Positions 20,065-31,262 are shown, counted from the first letter of the stretch. The stretch is DNA of 64,000 nucleotides from Candidatus Omnitrophota bacterium (GCA_043797125.1 JAZDPX010000033.1:98527-162526); one strand, 5' to 3'. Notes: a model not told the origin generated them from the letters alone. Program-made: numbers and translations.

Positions 20065-21953
20065 GAAAAACTTTTGCTTTTTTTGTAATATTCAGACCAC
20101 CAGACCGCAAAAACAAGCAATGTCCATATCTTCCTGTTGTTATCCTTTTTCCTTGAAAAATGTTCGTCAAGGATACTTTTCACATAGGAAATGTTAAATA
20201 ACCCTATGTTTCTTAGGTTTCTGTCGGATAAAACATCCATAACATAATCTTTAAGCTCCGAATAAATCCAGTTAGCTGCCGGCGGTGAGAAACCTTTCTT
20301 TTTAATTGTCGATATCCTGGCCGGAAGATAACGCCTGGCAAGTTTTCTGAATAAAATCTTTGTTGTCATCTTTCCTACTTTAAGGCGGGCAGGCACAGTT
20401 GCCGCAAATTCAATTATATCCCTGTCGCATAGAGGAACCCTCACCTCAAGTGAATGCGCCATGCTCATTCTGTCGGATTTTGTCAGTATGTCATCGAAAA
20501 GAAGCGTAGAATAATCGATAAACATCAGTTTATGCTCGGGCTCGCCAACGCCTGAAGCGTAAAAAAGCTTTTTGCAAAGATTAACTGCGCTCTGTTTCAA
20601 AACAACATCCTTAAGCTCGCCTCTAAGTAAATTCAGCTGCTCTTTTACGTCAAAAGGCGCCCTCCAGTATAGATGACTCTCATAGTCGCTAAGTTCAGCG
20701 CCCTGCACAAAACGCTTGGCCATAAAATCCAGCGTAATGCGGCCGAAAGATGTAGGCAGTTTTTCAATACCTGTCTTTAAATATTTTCTTAAAAAAGACG
20801 GCATTTTCATATAAATATTTTTAAGCGAAGGAGCGAAATAAGTAGGGTAACCGCCAAACAACTCGTCGCCGCCGTCTCCTGTAAGCGCGACCGTTACTTT
20901 TTGACGGGCAAGTTTTGACACAAAATAAAAAGGTATGGATGAATAGTCGGCAAAAGGCTCGTCGTAATGAACGCTGAGTTGCTTTAAAATCCCGCAATTT
21001 GGCTCAACTATCAGCTCGGCATGGTCGGTACCTATATGTTTAGCTATAAGGCGCGCTTCCTTTGTTTCGTCAAATGAGCGTTCCTTAAACCCTATAGAAA
21101 AAGTTTTCACGGGCTCACTCATATGTTTTGTCATAAAATAGACAACAAGCGACGAATCCAGGCCCCCTGATAAAAAAGCGCCCAAAGGCACATCGCTCAT
21201 AAGGTGGCTTTTTACTGTCCGCGAAATAATGTCCTCAAGCTTGTCTAAGGCATCTTCCTCGGTCATATCCCGCTTAATATCGTAACTTACATTCCAGTAT
21301 TGCTTTGTTGTTGCGCCATCGGGCGTTATTTTAATATAGCTGCCGGGCCTAAGTTTTTTTATATCCGTAAAAATGGAGTTATCTCCGGCAATATACATAA
21401 ATGACAAATAATTTGTCAGCGCTTCCAAGTCTATATCTGACTTAGGATGGCAAGCATGTATTGCCTTGATTTCAGAACCAAAAATTATCCTGTCGCTGTT
21501 CAGGCAGTAATAAAGCGGTTTTATACCGACATGGTCACGCCCAAGCAAAAGTATTTTTTTGCCGGCATCATATAAAGCAATGGCAAACATACCTCTTAAT
21601 TTTTCCATAAAACCTTCGCCGTATTGCTCGTAAAGATGCACTATGACTTCAGTATCAGAATGTGTATAAAAATTATGGCCCTGGCTTTTAAGCGTTTGGC
21701 GAAGCTCTCTAAAATTATATATTTCTCCGTTGCATATTGTTACTACGCTTTTGTCCTCATTATATATAGGCTGATGCCCGCCTTTAATATCAATTATGGA
21801 TAACCTGCGCATTCCGAGGCCCACGTTGCCGCGGCAGAAAAAGCCTTCGTCGTCAGGCCCGCGATGCGTAAGCGTTCTGGTCATCTGCTCTAAAACGCGG
21901 GAATTGACCGCTTCGTTTTTATTGTATGAATAAATACCGCATACTCCGCACAT
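20061..21953 (-). CDS. asnB: Asparagine synthase-like glutamine amidotransferase
   Basis: MCGVCG, HRGPD, RRLSIID, NGEIYN, SGGLDSS, GDGGDELF. Confidence 0.93.
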   Translation of the reverse strand: MCGVCGIYSYNKNEAVNSRVLEQMTRTLTHRGPDDEGFFCRGNVGLGMRRLSIIDIKGGHQPIYNEDKSVVTICNGEIYNFRELRQTLKSQGHNFYTHSDTEVIVHLYEQYGEGFMEKLRGMFAIALYDAGKKILLLGRDHVGIKPLYYCLNSDRIIFGSEIKAIHACHPKSDIDLEALTNYLSFMYIAGDNSIFTDIKKLRPGSYIKITPDGATTKQYWNVSYDIKRDMTEEDALDKLEDIISRTVKSHLMSDVPLGAFLSGGLDSSLVVYFMTKHMSEPVKTFSIGFKERSFDETKEARLIAKHIGTDHAELIVEPNCGILKQLSVHYDEPFADYSSIPFYFVSKLARQKVTVALTGDGGDELFGGYPTYFAPSLKNIYMKMPSFLRKYLKTGIEKLPTSFGRITLDFMAKRFVQGAELSDYESHLYWRAPFDVKEQLNLLRGELKDVVLKQSAVNLCKKLFYASGVGEPEHKLMFIDYSTLLFDDILTKSDRMSMAHSLEVRVPLCDRDIIEFAATVPARLKVGKMTTKILFRKLARRYLPARISTIKKKGFSPPAANWIYSELKDYVMDVLSDRNLRNIGLFNISYVKSILDEHFSRKKDNNRKIWTLLVFAVWWSEYYKKSKSFS

Positions 21954-21959
21954 GCTAAA

Positions 21960-22820
21960 TTACCTCACCTGTATTATATCCTTGCGCAACGCCATTATCT
22001 GGTCGAACATAAAACCAAAAAATATCAAATTTAAACCTGTAACCAGTAATAATAGCCCTCCGGAAGAAAATCCGGATGTTAATAAAATTGTTTTAATCGA
22101 CCACAGGACTCCCGACAAAAATAATAACAGCCCTATGGGCAAAAAAACCTTTAAGGGTGAAAACATAACTATCCTAAAGATTAACACTATAAATTTCATA
22201 CCATCTCCGAGCGGGCGTATCTTGCTTATCCCGCCTGCCCGTTTAAAGCATTTTACAGGAATAAACAAAACATTTAAGCCCGACATTAAAAAACACATTG
22301 TTGAGGTGGTGGGAAACGAAAAGCCGTCCGGATAAAGATTCAGAAATTTAAGCGCGTAGCTGCGTTTTAATGCGCGAAAACCCGATGTCATATCCTTAAT
22401 GCGAAAATTTGTTATAAAGCTGCCTAGCCTGCTGAATATCCAATTTGCCATATTTCTGTTCATTTTTGTTTCAGATTCTTTTGTGCGAGCCCCAACAACA
22501 AGATCATATTGCCCAAGCCCTGTTAGGAGATTAGGGATATCCTCCGGTTGATACTGGCCGTCTGCATCAAAAACTACAATGAATTCCGTAGCAGCATTAA
22601 GCAGGCCTGTTTTTACAGCTGCGCCGTTTCCTTTGTTGTAGGGATGCGAAATAACCCTGACCGAGGCAAAGGCCTTGGCCTTTTTTTCAGTTTGGTCCGT
22701 AGAGCCGTCGTTTATTACAATTATCTCTTTCGGAAATCCGAGCCGTTGTATCCCGTCAATTAGCTTAGGTAGATTTGCCTCTTCATTATAAGCAGGTATA
22801 ATAATAGTAACTTTTTCCAT
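21960..22820 (-). CDS. GT2 glycosyltransferase (DPM1-like)
   Basis: IIIPAYNEE, NDGSTD, DADGQY, DMTSGFR. Confidence 0.9.
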   Translation of the reverse strand: MEKVTIIIPAYNEEANLPKLIDGIQRLGFPKEIIVINDGSTDQTEKKAKAFASVRVISHPYNKGNGAAVKTGLLNAATEFIVVFDADGQYQPEDIPNLLTGLGQYDLVVGARTKESETKMNRNMANWIFSRLGSFITNFRIKDMTSGFRALKRSYALKFLNLYPDGFSFPTTSTMCFLMSGLNVLFIPVKCFKRAGGISKIRPLGDGMKFIVLIFRIVMFSPLKVFLPIGLLLFLSGVLWSIKTILLTSGFSSGGLLLLVTGLNLIFFGFMFDQIMALRKDIIQVR

Positions 22821-23693
22821 CTATTTTCTCCCCCTTATCGTAATTCCGTAAAAATCCACGTGCTCATGGACAGTTCTTAAGCCAGCCTTTTTAAACCAGC
22901 TTCTCACCTCTTCAACGGTATGCCGCGACGCGTCCTGCGGATGATACCAGTCGTAATTTATAGCAACGTTTTCCTTGAATGAAAGCTTTGGGTTCCAGAA
23001 ACACTTCATAAAAAAATGATACACAAACCGCTGTAGCGTATACTCTCCTTTTATAATCTGTAATACATCAACATTCGGTATCTTTATTTTAACATTACTT
23101 TCCGAAAGCTGTTTTCCGAGCCTGGTGATCTGCTCACATTCTTTCATAGCCTTTTTATAGCCGAGACACGAAACCTTGCTTCTTATGTAATCGTCCGCAT
23201 ATTCACGCGTTGGGGATTTCTTCCTGTACACGTATATCGCTATTTCGCCCCCCCTTTCAAGGCAGGAACATAAATTCTTAAAAGCCTTCAGAGGATTACC
23301 TGTATGGTGCAGAACTTCCTGGCAATATATAAAATCAAGCTTCCCGAGGCTGGAAAGATCTTTTAGCAGATCCTTGCTGAAAATGCTCACATTTTTACAG
23401 CTTAGAAGATTCTCTCTTGCCACCCGCGCAGATACCTTATCTATTCCAATGATCTGTGTATCGCGAGGGTCGGTATATTTGCGCATTAACGCCGTAACCC
23501 TGCCGTTTCCGCAGCCTGCGTCAAGAATTCTTTTCTTTTCGGACAAATATCGTTTAAAAGCGCCTGCGCTTTTAAACCCGTTACGGCGCAATATCCATAA
23601 AAAGATATCCGAATTTTCTCTTAGCGTCTCAGCAAACGCCAACTTTTTGTTGCGGAACCATTTGTTCCTGAAACTTTTGGTTGTATTGGTCAT
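22821..23693 (-). CDS. Class I SAM-dependent methyltransferase
   Basis: ILDAGCGNGR, CQEVLHHT; start set at ATG 23693. Confidence 0.85.
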   Translation of the reverse strand: MTNTTKSFRNKWFRNKKLAFAETLRENSDIFLWILRRNGFKSAGAFKRYLSEKKRILDAGCGNGRVTALMRKYTDPRDTQIIGIDKVSARVARENLLSCKNVSIFSKDLLKDLSSLGKLDFIYCQEVLHHTGNPLKAFKNLCSCLERGGEIAIYVYRKKSPTREYADDYIRSKVSCLGYKKAMKECEQITRLGKQLSESNVKIKIPNVDVLQIIKGEYTLQRFVYHFFMKCFWNPKLSFKENVAINYDWYHPQDASRHTVEEVRSWFKKAGLRTVHEHVDFYGITIRGRK

Positions 23694-26600
23694 GCGTACC
23701 TTTTTTAGCGAGTATACCCTTATAAACAGCGAGCATTCGCTCAAGGGTCTGTTTAGAGCTATGATATTTTTCAATCCAGAACCGGGCCTTTTCCCTGTGG
23801 TCTGAAACAAAACCGGGCCTTAGCGCTACAAATAACTGCTCTATAATTTCATCTTCTGTTTGGGCAGAGAGCACCGGAGGCGGTTCGGGGAATGTTATGT
23901 CCATGTCGCCGGGTTTATAATTTACTATAACCGCAGCGCCGCAGGCAAGCGCGCGCGGCGTGACTCCGCTAAACGACGGATAAACAAGCTGGTCAAGCAC
24001 GACATCAGCCGCAGACAGCCATTGTGCGAGCTTTACTCTGCCAAATGGGCCTACCCACTCAACAAGATCATTGCATCCGAGTTCATTTATAAGGTGTTTG
24101 CTTTTTTGTATTTCCTTTCCCCATGGTATGAAAAAAACACGAAATTTTCCTTTTATAAGCTCTCTAAGCCTTGGCAAAATCTTTATATACCTGTTAACCC
24201 CTTTTTCCTGCCAATCATGTCTTATCGGGCAAAAAAATATGTAGTCCAGATTTCTGGTGCGGTTTATAAGATTTCGCGCTTCTTTTTGATAAGAAAAATT
24301 TTCTTCATCAAGGGGATGCGGAAGCAGTTCAAAATTCTCGATACCTAAGCGATACGCGCTCTGGATGCAGTCTGTGTTTGTAACAAATACATAATCCGCC
24401 ATTCTATAGCTTAAAGCCGTAAGCCGGCTAAGGGGTGAATCATAAAACGGCCCCTTATACGCCCAGTCTATCTCCGGAGAATCACGCAAGGTACCGTGTT
24501 CAAAAGCTACATAGGGATGAAAAACATTCAAAATTGGAAATATGGGATCTGTCGCATACCCTTGGATAATATCATAATGCTGAAATAAACCTTGCAATAA
24601 ACTGACTCTATGCTCATATGGCAGCAAGTCATCCATAGTAAGCCTATCGGGCCTATCGGGAAAACATTTGCTAAATTTATCTATCAACCAACTACAATGC
24701 GCCAGGTATTTTTCATGAAAAGGTTTACCATTGAATGTATAAACGTCATGTCGCGCCTTTAAACCCGCTGATAGTTTTATTAACGTTTTATCATGCAAAA
24801 TGCGTATTATCCGGTTTATAACGCTTGGCACTTGCAGAATTTTCTTTACAGCCTTGCCTTTTTGCAGTAATTGAGTGTATGAGGTCTTGCATACTATCTT
24901 ACGGGCATTTTCAAGAGACAGCCATAATCCCTCTGATTCTTTTGACATATTTAAATTTTTTGCCGCTAAATATCTCACACATAAATCAAACGGCCCCTGG
25001 GCAAACCAGCGTGGCCTTTCGTAACCGCGCAGATTAAGCCGCCACCAGTCAGGGTGTTGTTGGTCATTTATTGTGCCCTCAAAGTCAGCTTCTTCCCACT
25101 CAGGAGAAGACATAACCCAGTAATTATCATAACAAAGGACATCTGCTTCTACGCCTTCGCGACGAAGGAACTTAGCATTGTAATACGCATTATTTGCGAT
25201 GTTGCCTATATGAAGCACTCTAAACGGGCGTTTAATGTTGTTTGTTTCGTTTTGAGTAACGGCTACCTTCATTCCGTATATATCTAAAAGCTGCTTGCTG
25301 AGTTTATCGTTATCATGTAACTTTAAAATGCTCTGACGCGCTTTAAGTTTCTTTTTTTCGTATTCATCCGGATTTGTGATATAAAATTCAAGAGTTTTTT
25401 CAAGGTCTTTAAGGCTTGTGAAAATAAAACCTGAGTCTCTAAGCTCTTGTGTCATGAATTCAGGGCGGGCATATGTAATTGACGGCACATCAAGAAACAT
25501 GCTTTCAATCTGGGCATTGGCATAGTAACCCATTTTAAGTTTACCTACGCTAAAATCAGCGTCACGGTATTCGGCAAGAGCCTGCTCGGGAGTTACCCCT
25601 TTTAAAAATACAAAATCAATGTCATGCCCCTTATCGCGAAGGTTGTCAATAGCCTTTCTAATCATGCTTGTCCCTTCAATGCCCGGATGATTGGTAACAT
25701 GGACTATTTTTACCTTTTCGCCTGCCTTAAACGCTGCTTTGCGGTTTCTGAATTTTTCATAATCAATACAAGGAGTGAAAAACGGGAAATGTATCGCATC
25801 CGGAATAAATTCTTTCATATCGGGCGTGGTTACAAGCGATATATCTACATATTTTTTTATTCTTTGTATTCTTTTTTTACCTTTGCGGCATACCCAGCCC
25901 TCATAATCGCAATGCTGGCAAATATTAACATCGGGGTGTAATTTTTTATTTTTTTCAGGATCGCGCGCTTCGCAGCCGCGATAGTGCAAAACTATTTTTC
26001 TGCCCATTAGCTTTAAAAAGGGAAGCTCCCACCCTGTCTGGGAAAGAATGATGCCGAAATGCGAATGTATAACCTCATATCTTGCTACAACTTTCCAAAA
26101 AAACAAAAACTCCTGCCATGGCCCGACAGGGTAAAAGTTGTAATCGTATTTATCCCACCATGGGCTTTTGCCACCCACAGCTAGATAGTCGGCTTTTATC
26201 CCGTGCCGGCGCAATATACGCGTAGTATAATAAGGTATGTGCACCATATATGAAATATGCAAAACAGAATCTTTATACTTTTTATTTCTTAAGGCAACAG
26301 CCAAAAGGCTATTTACAGGATACATAAGCATAAAAAAGTTGTGTGATGCGAATCTGTAAAGCGGCTTTAGCATAAAACGTTTGCAAAGTGTAAGCATAGA
26401 AGACTTTAATCTATAACTAAATTTAATAATAGCATTACGAATACGCCACCATATAGCTATTATCAGTATTTTAAAAAAATTAGCGGCAGTATAAAACGGC
26501 CTGTGGTATAAATTTCCGGATTTTTTAATTATGGTTTTTATGCCAAGAGCAACTACTCCCATCAGCTTTTGCAATTTATACAGGGGTATAATCCTATAGG

Positions 26601-26745
26601 CGAGGTTTACAAGTCTCCATCTTAATCCGATACAAATTATAGACAAAAGACAACCCGCACGCCTGGTAAAGGGCATGCCCTTTGTTTTGGCTGTGAAAGC
26701 TGTAAGCCTTTCTGCCAGCGTTGCCTTTTTATCCTTGGTGGACAT
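23629..26745 (-). CDS. Two-domain GT4-type glycosyltransferase
   Basis: Two GT-B modules (NHPGIEGT...YANAQIESM; HIGNIANNAY...EKG...RALACG); start set at ATG 26745. Confidence 0.8.
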   Translation of the reverse strand: MSTKDKKATLAERLTAFTAKTKGMPFTRRAGCLLSIICIGLRWRLVNLAYRIIPLYKLQKLMGVVALGIKTIIKKSGNLYHRPFYTAANFFKILIIAIWWRIRNAIIKFSYRLKSSMLTLCKRFMLKPLYRFASHNFFMLMYPVNSLLAVALRNKKYKDSVLHISYMVHIPYYTTRILRRHGIKADYLAVGGKSPWWDKYDYNFYPVGPWQEFLFFWKVVARYEVIHSHFGIILSQTGWELPFLKLMGRKIVLHYRGCEARDPEKNKKLHPDVNICQHCDYEGWVCRKGKKRIQRIKKYVDISLVTTPDMKEFIPDAIHFPFFTPCIDYEKFRNRKAAFKAGEKVKIVHVTNHPGIEGTSMIRKAIDNLRDKGHDIDFVFLKGVTPEQALAEYRDADFSVGKLKMGYYANAQIESMFLDVPSITYARPEFMTQELRDSGFIFTSLKDLEKTLEFYITNPDEYEKKKLKARQSILKLHDNDKLSKQLLDIYGMKVAVTQNETNNIKRPFRVLHIGNIANNAYYNAKFLRREGVEADVLCYDNYWVMSSPEWEEADFEGTINDQQHPDWWRLNLRGYERPRWFAQGPFDLCVRYLAAKNLNMSKESEGLWLSLENARKIVCKTSYTQLLQKGKAVKKILQVPSVINRIIRILHDKTLIKLSAGLKARHDVYTFNGKPFHEKYLAHCSWLIDKFSKCFPDRPDRLTMDDLLPYEHRVSLLQGLFQHYDIIQGYATDPIFPILNVFHPYVAFEHGTLRDSPEIDWAYKGPFYDSPLSRLTALSYRMADYVFVTNTDCIQSAYRLGIENFELLPHPLDEENFSYQKEARNLINRTRNLDYIFFCPIRHDWQEKGVNRYIKILPRLRELIKGKFRVFFIPWGKEIQKSKHLINELGCNDLVEWVGPFGRVKLAQWLSAADVVLDQLVYPSFSGVTPRALACGAAVIVNYKPGDMDITFPEPPPVLSAQTEDEIIEQLFVALRPGFVSDHREKARFWIEKYHSSKQTLERMLAVYKGILAKKGTHDQYNQKFQEQMVPQQKVGVC

Positions 26746-28495
26746 ATTTTCTCCAAAGGCTAAACACAAATACATACCAGATGCGCGCAGCGTGCCCCGA
26801 GGCGCCGCGCGTAAAATCATCGAGCATAGCTTTTACATAATCAAAATTAAGCCATTCATAAATAGGGTTTCTTGCGTCCATTAGGTGCGATTCTATTATC
26901 GGTTGCAAGGGCCCGCGTAACCATTCAACAATGGGTATGCCAAAGCCCTGTTTCGGCCTTTCTATAAATGATGACGGGTAAAAACGCTCCGCGCTTTTTT
27001 TTAAAAGATATTTTGTCTTTATTCTTCCTAAGAAATTATTCCTTATGCGCAATGACAAAGGCAGTGTAAATGCCTGTTCGACGATTTTATGATCCAAAAG
27101 CGGCACCCGAACCTCAAGAGAATGCGCCATGCTCATTCTGTCAACTTTTGTAAGAACATCGCCCGGTAGATAGGTCTTAAAATCCTGCGCCTGAAAAAAT
27201 AACACCGGGTCGATATCAGTCTTTGTCTTAAGTGAAAAACTTATCCCCTCCGCAACAGGGAGATCGTTTGCAAAAAGCTCTTTAAGCATTGTTGTGTCGA
27301 AACCCTGCCGCTGCGCATTGTACAGCTGTCTGTGGCGCTCTTGCGGTTCGTCTATATTTTTATACGTATCCTGATAACTGTTATAGCCGCAGAAAAGCTC
27401 ATCTCCGCCATCACCTGAAAGGACCATCTTAACCGACTCGGCCGCTTCCTTTGAAACATAATACGTGGGTATGGCTGATGAATCCCCGAAAGGCTCTCCA
27501 AAATGCTGGGCTATTTTAGCGAACATCTCTTCTGCCAGTGTGGGGGTCACTATCTTTTCGTAATGGTCTGAGCCTATAAATACGCTCGCCTTTCGCGCGT
27601 AAGGGGTTTCCGAATGTTTCTGTTCACTAAACCCTATCGTAAATGTCCTTACGGGCTCCTTCATCTGTTTTGCCATAAGCGCGCTTACAAGGCTTGAATC
27701 AACACCACCGCTTAAAAAAGCCCCAAAGACAACGTCGCTTCTGACATACATCCGCATAGTTTCATCAAGAATGCCGTTTAAGTCATCAAGCCATTTTTCT
27801 TCTGTCTTCTCAGCAATGCCAGCTTCAATATCCCAATATTTAATATTTTCCCTCCTGCCGGTGATAGTATCTATCTCCAGATAATGACCGGGTTCAAGTT
27901 TATATATGTCTTCATAGATGGTAAGTGGTGCTGGTATATATTGATAGCGGAAATACTGGCACAAGCCACTGTGCGAAATCTTACGTTTAATATATGGCAA
28001 ACTAATAATAGGCAAAAGCTCAGAACAAAACACTGCGCATACAGGACTATAATAATAATACAACGGCTTGATTCCTACCCTGTCTCTGACAAGGTAGAGC
28101 TTACTCTTTGTGCTATTGTAAAGAGCAAAAGCAAACATCCCCCTAAAACGTCTGAGGCAATCAATGCCCCATTTTTCATATGAACGTAAAACAACTTCAG
28201 TATCCGATTCTGTTTTAAAATCAAATTCTGCCTTCAATTCTTCTCGCAGCTCAATATAATTATAGACCTCGCCATTATATGAAATAATTACGGTTTCACT
28301 ATCATTACATAAAGGTTGAGCGCCAAATTCAGGATCAATAATAGCAAGCCGGCTATGTGCAAGCCCAACACACTTATCTTGCCATATACCATTACCGTCC
28401 GGCCCGCGATGCACCAGCATACAATTCATTTTATCTAATTCATTGCGCTTAACTACCTTACCGTCAAAATTTACTATTCCAGCGATTCCGCACAT
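26729..28495 (-). CDS. asnB: Second AsnB-like amidotransferase
   Basis: MCGIAG, HRGPD, SGGVDSS, GDGGDELF, DRMSMAHSLEVRVP. Confidence 0.92.
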   Translation of the reverse strand: MCGIAGIVNFDGKVVKRNELDKMNCMLVHRGPDGNGIWQDKCVGLAHSRLAIIDPEFGAQPLCNDSETVIISYNGEVYNYIELREELKAEFDFKTESDTEVVLRSYEKWGIDCLRRFRGMFAFALYNSTKSKLYLVRDRVGIKPLYYYYSPVCAVFCSELLPIISLPYIKRKISHSGLCQYFRYQYIPAPLTIYEDIYKLEPGHYLEIDTITGRRENIKYWDIEAGIAEKTEEKWLDDLNGILDETMRMYVRSDVVFGAFLSGGVDSSLVSALMAKQMKEPVRTFTIGFSEQKHSETPYARKASVFIGSDHYEKIVTPTLAEEMFAKIAQHFGEPFGDSSAIPTYYVSKEAAESVKMVLSGDGGDELFCGYNSYQDTYKNIDEPQERHRQLYNAQRQGFDTTMLKELFANDLPVAEGISFSLKTKTDIDPVLFFQAQDFKTYLPGDVLTKVDRMSMAHSLEVRVPLLDHKIVEQAFTLPLSLRIRNNFLGRIKTKYLLKKSAERFYPSSFIERPKQGFGIPIVEWLRGPLQPIIESHLMDARNPIYEWLNFDYVKAMLDDFTRGASGHAARIWYVFVFSLWRKYVHQG

Positions 28496-29192
28496 TGTTT
28501 TTTATAAATTCCCAATAACTACGTGGTTTTAGGCAATAAAAATAATGATCTATTTCAAAATTAGTAATAACGACTTTTTCGATAGTAAAGTACTTTTTAA
28601 AGCTTTCCTCAAACCATGGTTTATCAAAATGAAAAAGGTGGTATTCATCAGCAGGTTTTATTTTCTCCCCGTGGGGATTATAATATTCAGCGCCTTTTAC
28701 AAATGCCAACCATGCAAGAAAAAAACCGTTTTTTTTGACAACCCTATATATTTCACTGTAAGCTTTATCAAGCAAAAAGACATGATCAAGCGAGGTTGCG
28801 GCTATAACAACATCAAAAAAATCTCTCCTCAACGGTAAGAATTCTGCAACACCTTTTTTAAAACAAAAAGGATGGTCCCGCGGCTCAGATATGGGATCAA
28901 TGCCCCATATTTTGTTTAAAGAATATCCTTCTAAATAAAGCGGCAACGGTTGCGGCCCACATCCGACATCCAAAATACGCCCTTTAAGAAATGGGGTTAT
29001 AAAATCCTTAAAGTGCGTTGCTATTTTGTGGCCTTCCACGCTGCAACTGTGCGCAGGAAACCCCGTATACTCCTTACTATTGACTGTCAGCAGCTCACGC
29101 CAAAGCCTGAAGGCGCAAGGGGCTGTCTTTTCTAAACGATGAAAGCTGCGATATAGATTTTTGTAATTCTGATTGCAATTAATGCTTCGCAT
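28464..29192 (-). CDS. Class I SAM-dependent methyltransferase
   Basis: ILDVGCG, GVAEFLP, FDVVIAATSLDH. Confidence 0.88.
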   Translation of the reverse strand: MRSINCNQNYKNLYRSFHRLEKTAPCAFRLWRELLTVNSKEYTGFPAHSCSVEGHKIATHFKDFITPFLKGRILDVGCGPQPLPLYLEGYSLNKIWGIDPISEPRDHPFCFKKGVAEFLPLRRDFFDVVIAATSLDHVFLLDKAYSEIYRVVKKNGFFLAWLAFVKGAEYYNPHGEKIKPADEYHLFHFDKPWFEESFKKYFTIEKVVITNFEIDHYFYCLKPRSYWEFIKNNVRNRWNSKF

Positions 29193-30429
29193 GCTGACTA
29201 TTTTCTTTTACTTTTGCTATACCTTTCATATCAAAATCGCCCTGGAATAGGCCTGTCGATTCGACATTAAAAACATAGGCATCGCCAGCATGATGTAAAA
29301 CTGTAAAGTTGCCATCGTCAGGCATATGCGCTATGCCACAGCACAGAAAATATTGGCCGCTTGCGAGGTTGCACACCAACTCAAATTCCACTTCCTGTTC
29401 CTGGCCTGCTTTTATAGAAACAAAGACATTTTGCACATAACTTGCCAGGCCGTATAAAACGCCGCCGCCGGGCTTCTGTATCCTGAATCCAACGCTTAAT
29501 CTTTCATAATCAGTATCGGCAAATACGGTGGCGCGAATATAATATTTTTTATCGTAAGTAAGCGTATTGACTTTGTTATACGCCTCATCAAAAATTAAGA
29601 TGTTTTTTACATATACGGGGGATGGCATTGCGCTTGCTACGCCTGACAGATCGCCAATAGTTGTTATTACATTTTCCTGTTTTTGTACTAACGCCCTCTC
29701 CTCATTTAAAATCTGCTCATAGCGATATCCGACATGGCGCGGTTCGTCGCGGCATATGAGCCGGCCCTGATGCAACAGAATGGCTGTATTGCATAATTCA
29801 TAAATAGAATTAAGACTATGGGTAACAAAAAAGACTGTAGCGCCATTTTGGGTTATCTTGCGGATACGGTTGAAGCATTTTTCAGCAAATAGGGTATCGC
29901 CCACTGAAAGTGCTTCATCAATAATAAAAATATCGGGCTCAACGCTTACTGCTACTGAAAATGTTAAACGTGCCTGCATTCCGCTTGAGTAAGTCTTAAA
30001 TGGCTGGTCAATTACAGAACCCAGCTCGCTAAATTCGATTATACCGCCTATTTTGCGGTTTATCTCTTCCCTGCTCATACCCATGCATAAGCCGCCCATA
30101 TGTATATTTTCGCGGCCTGTATATTCGCCGCTAAAACCTGTGCCGAGTTCAAGTATTGCCGAAATCTTACCGTTGACCTTTACGCTTCCGCATGTTCTAT
30201 CAAGCGTTCCTGTCAGTATTTTTAAAAGGGTGCTTTTTCCAGCGCCGTTTCTTCCCACAACACCAACTACCTCGCCGCGCTTGACCTCAAAGGATACGTC
30301 TTTTAGCGCCCAGAATTCGCGGTGCTTGGGTTTAGCGGTCAGAACTTCCCAAAACATATCAGCCGGCTTAGCGTAAATCTTAAACGCCTTGGAAAGATTC
30401 TTAACATCTATTGCGATATTATTGTTCAT
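29179..30429 (-). CDS. wzt: Polysaccharide ABC exporter ATPase with C-terminal carbohydrate-binding domain
   Basis: GRNGAGKST, YSSGMQARL, DEALSVGD, Wzt_C-like extension; start set at ATG 30429. Confidence 0.93.
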   Translation of the reverse strand: MNNNIAIDVKNLSKAFKIYAKPADMFWEVLTAKPKHREFWALKDVSFEVKRGEVVGVVGRNGAGKSTLLKILTGTLDRTCGSVKVNGKISAILELGTGFSGEYTGRENIHMGGLCMGMSREEINRKIGGIIEFSELGSVIDQPFKTYSSGMQARLTFSVAVSVEPDIFIIDEALSVGDTLFAEKCFNRIRKITQNGATVFFVTHSLNSIYELCNTAILLHQGRLICRDEPRHVGYRYEQILNEERALVQKQENVITTIGDLSGVASAMPSPVYVKNILIFDEAYNKVNTLTYDKKYYIRATVFADTDYERLSVGFRIQKPGGGVLYGLASYVQNVFVSIKAGQEQEVEFELVCNLASGQYFLCCGIAHMPDDGNFTVLHHAGDAYVFNVESTGLFQGDFDMKGIAKVKENSQHAKH

Positions 30430-31262
30430 AGTAAATCGCCGAACATTATTTTGAAGCGCGCAAATAACGCGTAACCCGCGCAGAAAACAAAAAGCGAGCC
30501 CGCGGGGAATATAAACCATGCCCAGGGGTGCTGGAACCCGCAAAAATAAAATATATCCTGATAGCACCAACTCATATAGCTAAAAGGATTAAGATACAAT
30601 ACGCCTTTAAATATTTTAGGCACCATATCAGGAAGATAAAAAACCGGCATAATATATAAGCCCGCAACGCAGAAAACCTGGACAAAGTCTTTGGTGTCGC
30701 GCAAATAAACGCCTAAAACCGAAAGAATATATGAAACCCCTGCCATGGCCATCAGCTGAAAAATAAAAACAACGGGTATTAAAATATGCATCCACGTCAG
30801 GCTGCCGGCCTTTGTAAAAACATACATCAGGAGTAAAAATGTAGCTACAAACTGCGTTATAGACGAGGCTATTACCCCTTTTACAGGAAGAACCTCTATG
30901 GGAAAAACTGTCTGCTTGACCAGGTTCGCGTTATTAATAATAACAGTACTGCTTTTTGCCATGGATTCCTGAAAACTCATCCACGGTATCAGGCCGCTTA
31001 AAAGATATGTTGTGTAATCAACCGGGAATGCGCCGCGCGAGGCTATCTTCACCTTAAAAACATAAACAAATATAAAAACATATATTGCCATCAATATCAA
31101 CGGATGGCCTATGACCCATAACCTTCCGAATACCTGGCCTGCATATCTGTCCGATATTTCGCGGCGGGTCATCTCCCAGGTAAGCTGCCTGTATTTTGTA
31201 AGCAGGCTCACTATTTCCCTGAAGGCCTGAAAATGTTTCTTGAGATCAAACAACCTTTTCAT
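30426..31262 (-). CDS. wzm: Polysaccharide ABC exporter permease
   Basis: RYAGQVFGRLW, LVKQTVFP, LRD, YLNP motifs; adjacent to wzt. Confidence 0.93.
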   Translation of the reverse strand: MKRLFDLKKHFQAFREIVSLLTKYRQLTWEMTRREISDRYAGQVFGRLWVIGHPLILMAIYVFIFVYVFKVKIASRGAFPVDYTTYLLSGLIPWMSFQESMAKSSTVIINNANLVKQTVFPIEVLPVKGVIASSITQFVATFLLLMYVFTKAGSLTWMHILIPVVFIFQLMAMAGVSYILSVLGVYLRDTKDFVQVFCVAGLYIMPVFYLPDMVPKIFKGVLYLNPFSYMSWCYQDIFYFCGFQHPWAWFIFPAGSLFVFCAGYALFARFKIMFGDLL

